From a virus (taxonomy: Duplodnaviria; Caudoviricetes): a stretch of 25,463 nt of DNA. Of this stretch, positions 20,330-25,463 are shown in pieces. How positions within the stretch are numbered: position 1 is the first letter of the stretch; each line of letters opens with the position of its first letter. The notes under the pieces are model-generated. The model searched no databases. It saw nothing but the letters and a program-made list of their open reading frames with translations, and had not been told where the DNA came from. The translations under genes were made by a program, and so were the position numbers. Location of the stretch: positions 1 to 25,463 of the IMG/VR virus record IMGVR_UViG_3300012347_000308; one strand, 5' to 3'.

Positions 20330-21571
20330 TTATACTCCAACCATCATATTGTTGAACGACTTGTGCGCCATTTTGCGCCGTATTTCTGCTTGCATCCAAT
20401 ATCTAAAACTATCGCACATATCCGAGTAGGTATCGTGCAATGGATCGCCGAATAGACCTGTGCGGTCGTCAAACTTGCGGCGATACTTGCGTAATGACTC
20501 CACCAGCGTTACCGCGCCCTTGTCGATCCACACTTTCGGGAAGTGCTCTTTTACAAAGCTTATGTCGTACTCGATTGACTGCGTTCGCGGTAAGATCTCA
20601 ACGCGCACTCCACGGAATGCGCCCTCAATGATTTCTTCCGGTGAACGTCCGGTTTGCAGGCTTCGGTTTGCCGCATCGTGTGGTAACACAATGTGGTCGA
20701 TCCTGTACGGTAACCCCTTGAGGTGGTCGATGTAGTGCGATAAAGGCACGCCAAACGACTCGTAAGCATGCAGGACTCGGCGCTCTTGGCCGATCCACTG
20801 CCCCACAATGAGTGAGGTGTGGTCACCGATTCCAAGGTCAAACGAAACGATTGTGTCGGCGCTCTGCTCGTATCCAATCGAACATATCCGCCCACTATCG
20901 ACCATCGCGCCCATCTCCGCCTCGTAGATCGCGCCCTCTGCTGTTGGACGGCAATGCCCACCCCAGATCCATGCCGCACGCGCTGGGTCTTTGAGGTAGG
21001 ATCGCTCCATCTCTTCGAGCAGTTCTTTGGGCGCCCAAGGGTTTTCTTTGATGTTGACGCGAGTGAGCAGGACGTTTTCGTCCGTGTTCGCGACGAAACG
21101 GTCATAAACCGGATCGGTTTCAAGTTCTGGATTGAAACTCCACCAAAGCTCCGAACCCGGCTTGCGGATCGTTGGGATCAATACGTCCATCGAGTGTTGC
21201 GAAACGCTTTGCGCTTCCTCAACCCAAGCGATGTCTACGCCCTCGGTACTTTTCAGCCCGGCCATCACCTCGGAGCGAAGGCCCGAAAAGAGAATGATTG
21301 TGCCGTTTTTGCCGCGAATCTCCGTCTCGAGAACCTGATAGAACGCATTGAGGCCCATTGAATTGATCTTGTCATTCAATAGGCGATGCACCGAATCTTT
21401 GATGCTCTTCTGAACTTCGCGGGTGCACAAAATCCGAATTGGCCGCTGTACGCCCATGATGAGCAAGATGGATGCGATGGTGTGCGACTTCGCGCCACCT
21501 CGTCCGCCGTAAGCGACCTTGAATCGCTTTGGCTCAAACCATGTACGCGACCATTTCGGGAGTTCTGTCAT
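20330..21571 (-). CDS. terL: Terminase large subunit (PBSX-like)
   Basis: Walker A YGGRGGAKS, Walker B AWVEEA, SFNP, nuclease DLG and HD..SD.CDSFRY. Confidence 0.96.
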   Translation of the reverse strand: MTELPKWSRTWFEPKRFKVAYGGRGGAKSHTIASILLIMGVQRPIRILCTREVQKSIKDSVHRLLNDKINSMGLNAFYQVLETEIRGKNGTIILFSGLRSEVMAGLKSTEGVDIAWVEEAQSVSQHSMDVLIPTIRKPGSELWWSFNPELETDPVYDRFVANTDENVLLTRVNIKENPWAPKELLEEMERSYLKDPARAAWIWGGHCRPTAEGAIYEAEMGAMVDSGRICSIGYEQSADTIVSFDLGIGDHTSLIVGQWIGQERRVLHAYESFGVPLSHYIDHLKGLPYRIDHIVLPHDAANRSLQTGRSPEEIIEGAFRGVRVEILPRTQSIEYDISFVKEHFPKVWIDKGAVTLVESLRKYRRKFDDRTGLFGDPLHDTYSDMCDSFRYWMQAEIRRKMAHKSFNNMMVGV

Positions 21572-21879
21572 TCGACGAATTTAACCGTGATCTGGTTTTC
21601 CATCGGCCCACCGTCTGGCCCGGACATTTCCACCTGCTGTTTCGCCTGCCCGTCTACGTTGTCGATGCACAGCTTGATCGCGTTGAGGTCGCCTTGTGCG
21701 GCGATCTGAAACAGTTTTTGCGAGAGGAATTGGCCCTTGGTGATTATTGCATCTGGCTCACCATTTTTGCCGGGGATTGTGATCGTATCTGCCATCGATG
21801 CACGCAAGCAAGCCCGAATAGAGTTTTCTTTTTTCGGGCCGCCTTTTGGGTTTCCAGACTTTCCTTTTACGAATGGCAT
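21568..21879 (-). CDS. terS: Terminase small subunit-like protein (DUF5681-type N-terminus)
   Basis: FVKGKSGNPKGGPK, GDLNAIK...DG, VEMSGPDGGP; overlaps the terL start. Confidence 0.8.
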   Translation of the reverse strand: MPFVKGKSGNPKGGPKKENSIRACLRASMADTITIPGKNGEPDAIITKGQFLSQKLFQIAAQGDLNAIKLCIDNVDGQAKQQVEMSGPDGGPMENQITVKFVE

Positions 21880-21904
21880 TTATTGACCTTGGATTGTCAT
21901 TTAC

Positions 21905-22042
21905 TCAAAATGGCAAGTCATCTTTCGGCGTGTATTGCGCCTTGGATGCTCTTGATTTTGCGGCGTTTGCCTTGAGTACGCTGTCTAGGTTGCGTGGTGC
22001 GTTTTCGCCTTCGCGCCCGTTTCCGTCTGATCCACTAGCCAT
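21905..22042 (-). CDS. 45-aa peptide with SSB-like C-terminal tail DDLPF
   Basis: Not in the ORF track. GGAGG RBS; MASGSDGNGREGENAPRNLDSVLKANAAKSRASKAQYTPKDDLPF*. Confidence 0.7.
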   Translation of the reverse strand: MASGSDGNGREGENAPRNLDSVLKANAAKSRASKAQYTPKDDLPF

Positions 22043-22754
22043 TGATTTTCCTCCAAAGTTTGTTTGCGCGCACTTCTTTTTTGATCGTCGAGTACTCCTG
22101 CAATATAGCTTCCGAATACTCTAGGTGGAAATCGTGCAAATCGGGGTTTTCCTCTATGCTGAATTGCTCGAGGCTTCGGCTTGATCGTAGGTTTGCGCTT
22201 CCGTGGATGACGATCTTCGCACCTCCTACTGTCTCGATGAGCACCGTTTTGCAGTGCGTCCCTGCTACTGCAAGCTGAAAATCGCACTTTGCGTCTTCGT
22301 GGTCTAATGCCTCGTAGATGTACGGGATCAATGCTTGGCGCTCATGCGCGTAGAAATATGCGCTCACAATGAGGTCGAGCTTGTCGCAGTATCCCAGGTC
22401 GCACACATCTTTTAGTGCTTCGATGCACTCTTGGGACATTGAGAGCGTGGAAATCACCATGCGCTTTGCTTTGATGTTGTTGTCCATCAAAAATGAGCGT
22501 ATGAAGTGCGAGAAAATGAAGTTGTCCGAAATTACGGAGTGAACGCGCATTCCTCGCTCTGGCTTAATCTGCTTAACGAGGTCACTTGCGTATTCCGCCT
22601 TGACCATGCGTTGTTGCACTGGCTGGTGGTATCGCGGTTTGATGTATCGTGTTTCGAGTTCGGGCGCTTCGAAATTCAAATCCATGTCGAATGCGTCTGC
22701 GCCAAAGTCGGGAAGGTCGAAACCGATGTCTGGCAAGTCCAGTGCGAGATCCAT
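22035..22754 (-). CDS. Phospholipase D-fold (single HKD-like) protein, putative nuclease
   Basis: HCKTVLIE...IHGSANLRSS..LEQ; acidic low-complexity N-terminus; TGATG-coupled start. Confidence 0.75.
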   Translation of the reverse strand: MDLALDLPDIGFDLPDFGADAFDMDLNFEAPELETRYIKPRYHQPVQQRMVKAEYASDLVKQIKPERGMRVHSVISDNFIFSHFIRSFLMDNNIKAKRMVISTLSMSQECIEALKDVCDLGYCDKLDLIVSAYFYAHERQALIPYIYEALDHEDAKCDFQLAVAGTHCKTVLIETVGGAKIVIHGSANLRSSRSLEQFSIEENPDLHDFHLEYSEAILQEYSTIKKEVRANKLWRKING

Positions 22755-22804
22755 CACGCACCCATCAAAATCAGGATGATAACGATTAGCAGGAACACTA
22801 TCAT
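22754..22804 (-). CDS. 16-aa hydrophobic peptide
   Basis: MIVFLLIVIILILMGA*, with start/stop overlaps on both sides. Confidence 0.4.
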   Translation of the reverse strand: MIVFLLIVIILILMGA

Positions 22805-22908
22805 TTCCTCCGCCTCTCGTGGATCTCTAGCGAGCAAAGGACATCATTGACCAGTAGCGCGCTCACGATTGACAGCGCGGCCAGTGCTGAAATTGCGATG
22901 ACGGTCAT
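22801..22908 (-). CDS. 35-aa membrane peptide
   Basis: MTVIAISALAALSIVSALLVNDVLCSLEIHERRRK*, with ATGA overlaps on both sides. Confidence 0.5.
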   Translation of the reverse strand: MTVIAISALAALSIVSALLVNDVLCSLEIHERRRK

Positions 22909-23075
22909 TTGCGCGCCTTTGCCTGTGACGCTGGCACCAGCTCGACGGGCTTGCCGATGTACTCACCGCACCATGTCGCGGCGTCTACGGCTGGGAATGT
23001 TGGCTGTGGCGGGTATCGTCGGCACTGTAGCTGTTGTGCGTTGTCGTGTGCGTGTTTGCAGGTGGTGCAGTTCAT
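22905..23075 (-). CDS. Small four-Cys metal-binding phage protein (56 aa)
   Basis: AAAGGA RBS; CxxC...CRRYPP...FP.V...WCGEY. Confidence 0.75.
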   Translation of the reverse strand: MNCTTCKHAHDNAQQLQCRRYPPQPTFPAVDAATWCGEYIGKPVELVPASQAKARK

Positions 23076-23431
23076 CCGTTTTCCTTTGGATTGGTATCTC
23101 AAATTTACAAAACTATCGCGAATATCGCCGAAATTATGGTGATTTCCGCGATTATTGCGCCTGTGATTGTGTAAAAAGCGAATCCGTTTTGTTTTGGACT
23201 CTCGCTTTGTCAATGTGATTTCAGATCTGCCATAGATCTGTCAGGATGCGCCCCCCTACCCCCCAAAAAGAATAATCTATTGGAGTGGTAGAGTAGTGCG
23301 TCCTCGTCTCGTTGGTTCTCTGCGCCCCGTCGCCGCCTGTGGCGGTATCGATCCCGAGTCTACCATGAGTCTGCCGAGTCTGCTGGAGAGTCCCCTAGAT
23401 CTCTCTCCCACTGTTTCCAGTGCCCATCATC

Positions 23432-23460
23432 AGTATACTCTCTCACTCACCCGTTGGCAA
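23432..23460 (-). promoter_or_regulatory. Sigma70-like promoter
   Basis: TTGCCA-17 nt-TATACT, pointing into the non-coding region and the packaging genes. Confidence 0.6.
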
Positions 23461-23617
23461 GTGTCCAGCCCTCGAATTGCCTCGCCCACTCCCTCGCCTC
23501 TTGCTCCGTGGCCATGAGCGTGACCGGCTTCCCGCTTGGGTAGCATCGCACCTCTGGGCATTGGTAGCGGTCGCGTGGGCGTTCCAGCTTCCAGAGGTAC
23601 CGTTTGCTCTTGTTCAT
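23447..23617 (-). CDS. Hypothetical protein (56 aa)
   Basis: GGAG RBS; MNKSKRYLWKLERPRDRYQCPEVRCYPSGKPVTLMATEQEAREWARQFEGWTLANG*. Confidence 0.6.
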   Translation of the reverse strand: MNKSKRYLWKLERPRDRYQCPEVRCYPSGKPVTLMATEQEAREWARQFEGWTLANG

Positions 23618-23631
23618 TTGCTCTCCGTTGC

Positions 23632-23768
23632 TTGTGGTTTGCGCGCACTACCATTAGCGCAAAAACCACAATTGAGGTGAATACCCTTGTTAGGCAGACG
23701 GCTTCGCCGCAGGATGCAAGAACAAATCATTTTGCCTAACATCGTCTTCACCCTCAATTTGCGGTTTG
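23632..23768 (+). repeat. Circularly permuted attC-like element flanked by 10-bp direct repeats
   Basis: Right arm (GGTGAAT-ACCCTT-GTTAGGC, ending 23695) precedes left arm (GCCTAAC-ATCGT-CTTCACCC, from 23734); TTG(T/C)GGTTTG at 23632-41 and 23759-68. Confidence 0.7.
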
Positions 23769-24388
23769 AACAAATTCCCTTGCGCGGTATGCCTTGCAAG
23801 GCGCTCCTGCATCGCGGCAAAATAGTCAGCGTCCAATTCCGAAGCAACGAGGTCAAACCCAAGGTCATGGCAAGCAATGGCAATGCTACCAGATCCAAGG
23901 TGAGTGTCAAGTATAAGGTCGCCTGGCTTCGCATAGTTGGAAAGAAGCCAACGATATAAGGCAACAGGCTTTTGCGTTGGGTGTATTCTTTCGTTATCAG
24001 CACCAATAAAACCATCATATCGAATTGGTGCCTTTTTTATAACATTAAGAAAATTAGTCCAAGCAAGCTCACCATCAGAAAAAGAAAGATTTTTATCGCG
24101 CTGTTTATCCCAAAAAATCCAACCGCCAACAGAAGGTAAATGGAAATAATTTCCACCCCAAACGATTTGATATTTTGAAACGCGACTCAATTCAAAGAAA
24201 TAATCAGATTTAGGTACAAAAGAATCCCAACTTTTTGATTTATCCCAAAGTTGGTTTTTCCCTTTCCCCATTTTCATTTCGCTTGCACCAATCCCATACG
24301 GCGGATCAACAATAGCCAAATCAAAATGCTTATCAGGATACTGACGCATCAGATCCATGCAATCCATGTTTCGCAAATCAAGCATCAT
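23690..24388 (-). CDS. DNA amino-methyltransferase, beta class (probably N6-adenine)
   Basis: DPPY (motif IV) precedes HPTQKPVALY and ILDTHLGSGS (motif I); start at ATG 24388 or 24385 after AAAGGA; the stop lies in the GTTA core box. Confidence 0.92.
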   Translation of the reverse strand: MMLDLRNMDCMDLMRQYPDKHFDLAIVDPPYGIGASEMKMGKGKNQLWDKSKSWDSFVPKSDYFFELSRVSKYQIVWGGNYFHLPSVGGWIFWDKQRDKNLSFSDGELAWTNFLNVIKKAPIRYDGFIGADNERIHPTQKPVALYRWLLSNYAKPGDLILDTHLGSGSIAIACHDLGFDLVASELDADYFAAMQERLARHTAQGNLFKPQIEGEDDVRQNDLFLHPAAKPSA

Positions 24389-24409
24389 ATTCCTTTCAAG
24401 TTTTAGGTT

Positions 24410-24487
24410 GCCTAACAACCCCATTCCACCCGCATCGCGCCTGTTGTTATGCCGTGAGCGCGAGCAGGTGAATAGGGGAGGTTAGGT
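24410..24487 (+). repeat. attC-like site 1 (78 bp)
   Basis: GCCTAAC-6-ATTCCACC...GGTGAAT-7-GTTAGGT; imperfect palindrome with an extra C and an extra A in the left arm. Confidence 0.85.
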
Positions 24488-24664
24488 GGACGCCTCCGGC
24501 GCGGGATTAGCTCTTTCGCAAAAAATATCAAAGCATTTATCAGAGCAAGAAGACATCAAGGCATGCCCAAAGAAAAAACTTTTAGTGTCATCTCCAATTG
24601 TTGCACCACAAATTGCGCAAGGTGCGTGCATTAGGTTATCAAAAATCTTGATACTTGATTTCAT
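24482..24664 (-). CDS. Cys-rich small protein (CxxC...CxxxC), cassette-borne
   Basis: AAAGGAG RBS; TAA stop inside the attC core box. Confidence 0.7.
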   Translation of the reverse strand: MKSSIKIFDNLMHAPCAICGATIGDDTKSFFFGHALMSSCSDKCFDIFCERANPAPEAST

Positions 24665-24821
24665 ACCGAACTCCTTTGTACACTTCAGTAGATTGTTTTG
24701 GTGCTATCAATTTTGTAGTCCCTGTATGCTTCCCATTCTTGAAGAATATAGATATATTTTTATCTACTATATTCGTTATCAAGAAATAGTCAGTTCCTGT
24801 TATTCTTGTTTTTTGTATCAC
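24639..24821 (-). CDS. Hypothetical protein, cassette-borne
   Basis: Fills the gap between its neighbours; GTG start with weak RBS. Confidence 0.4.
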   Translation of the reverse strand: MIQKTRITGTDYFLITNIVDKNISIFFKNGKHTGTTKLIAPKQSTEVYKGVRYEIKYQDF

Positions 24822-24832
24822 TTAATCACCAT

Positions 24833-25018
24833 TCATCTAGAGGAAAAGTGGTGTATCGCTATTATTTTATTTGCAAATACAAAAGAATTATCAACATCAT
24901 CATAATTGTTTTCTTTAATGAAATTATCGGCATCATCTTCATCATCAAAAGAATGAAGATATGCTTTGTCATTTATATATGAACCAGATACACCTTTAAT
25001 CTTCAATACAAAAACCAT
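24833..25018 (-). CDS. Small acidic hypothetical protein, cassette-borne
   Basis: AGGGG RBS before ATG 25018; FDDEDDADNFI. Confidence 0.6.
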   Translation of the reverse strand: MVFVLKIKGVSGSYINDKAYLHSFDDEDDADNFIKENNYDDVDNSFVFANKIIAIHHFSSR

Positions 25019-25053
25019 ATACACACCCCTGCGTTAATGTTTTAACTCAATTC

Positions 25054-25112
25054 ACCTAACGTCCCCATTCCACCCACATGCTACGCAGTGGGTGAATATG
25101 GCGGGGTTAGGG
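25054..25112 (+). repeat. attC-like site 2 (59 bp)
   Basis: ACCTAAC-6-ATTCCACC-CACATGC-TAC-GCAGTG-GGTGAAT-8-GTTAGGG. Confidence 0.85.
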
Positions 25113-25124
25113 GCATCTGCGAGG

Positions 25125-25307
25125 CTATTGTTCGTTATTTTCAAGTTCACAAGTGTCTGGGATCTCAAAATTGCCGTTGAAATCTCTAACAAGGATTTTC
25201 TTGCGGTCATTGCAGTGAGCGTAAGGATATGTGTCCGTGTCCAATGAATCCGTAAAGAATGGACATTTATCACAGCGATGTACTACGATTGCGACTTTCT
25301 TTGCCAT
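25125..25307 (-). CDS. Small four-Cys phage protein, cassette-borne (60 aa)
   Basis: AAAGGA RBS; CDKCPF...C...IPDTCEL. Confidence 0.75.
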   Translation of the reverse strand: MAKKVAIVVHRCDKCPFFTDSLDTDTYPYAHCNDRKKILVRDFNGNFEIPDTCELENNEQ

Positions 25308-25338
25308 CTCGTTCCTTTCTGTTATTGGTTTTAATCAT

Positions 25339-25416
25339 CCCTAACATCCGCATCCCACCCACATCCCGCCTGTTTTGATACCGTGCGCGGGAGTGGGTGA
25401 ATAGCGTTGGTTAGGC
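25339..25416 (+). repeat. attC-like site 3 (78 bp)
   Basis: CCCTAAC-6-ATCCCACC-CACATCCCGC...GCGGGAGTG-GGTGAAT-7-GTTAGGC; loop similar to site 1. Confidence 0.85.
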
Positions 25417-25463
25417 GCACGCCTGCGGCGGGGCAAAAAGGTTGGCGCATCTACAAAACACGC
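25411..25463 (-). CDS. Possible 3' end of the next cassette gene (partial)
   Basis: ...VFCRCANLFAPPQACA* with TAA in the core box; only 17 codons are visible. Confidence 0.4.
   Translation of the reverse strand, partial: VFCRCANLFAPPQACA

Larger units (their letters stand above)
1..25463 (-). mobile_element. P22-like phage/prophage segment (packaging, head, tail, lysis and accessory genes)
   Basis: Co-oriented terS-terL-portal-scaffold-coat-gp4-gp10-ejection-tailspike-lysis order; no tape measure or sheath gene; no host housekeeping genes and no att/integrase seen. Confidence 0.95.
23690..25463. mobile_element. Integron-like gene cassette array without an integrase in the window
   Basis: attC-like sites separating short AT-rich gene units; the array continues to the right edge. 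Confidence 0.8.

Noticed and set aside
23340-23375. tRNA-like fragments (CTCATGGTAGA, GGATCGATACC) on the minus strand
   Set aside because: No anticodon arm or acceptor stem; no cloverleaf can be drawn.
23405-23435. Hammerhead-like CTGATGA...GAAA
   Set aside because: No stem II pairing, and it overlaps the predicted -10 box.
23675-23695. GGTGAAT-6-GTTAGGC as an attI with an adjacent integrase
   Set aside because: No tyrosine recombinase ORF nearby; it is better explained as an attC right arm whose partner lies at 23734-67.
23430-24018. ORFs 23430..23669 and 23614..24018 as independent genes
   Set aside because: Alternate frames over the MTase and the 56-aa ORF; only the KPQATESK end of the second is informative.
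24410-25416. The repeats as a CRISPR array or simple terminators
   Set aside because: They are degenerate, 59-78 bp long, separated by whole genes, and lack U-tails; the box layout and bulges fit attC better.

Overview
A 25.5-kb segment of a P22-like tailed phage (or prophage). All credible genes are on the minus strand, and most are coupled by ATGA/TAATG overlaps. In transcription order (right to left): an AT-rich block of small genes plus a beta-class DNA methyltransferase; small ORFs; a PLD-fold (HxK...GSAN) protein; a 45-aa peptide ending in DDLPF; small and large terminase; portal; scaffold; P22 gp5-like coat; gp4- and gp10-like tail proteins; a collagen-repeat protein; a 790-aa virion protein; three probable ejection proteins; two tail spikes/fibres; a GH108 lysis cassette; and an RcGTA-like head-spike base/fibre pair. 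The most unusual signal is at 23.6-25.5 kb, where the small genes are separated by integron attC-like sites. There are three complete sites (78, 59, 78 bp) and one circularly permuted site. Their core boxes pair in the staggered way expected after integrase-mediated cassette insertion. The extrahelical bases put the ORFs opposite to canonical cassette polarity, each site is followed by a C-GNA-G mini-hairpin, and no integrase is present in the window. All calls come from manual motif reading; no searches were run.
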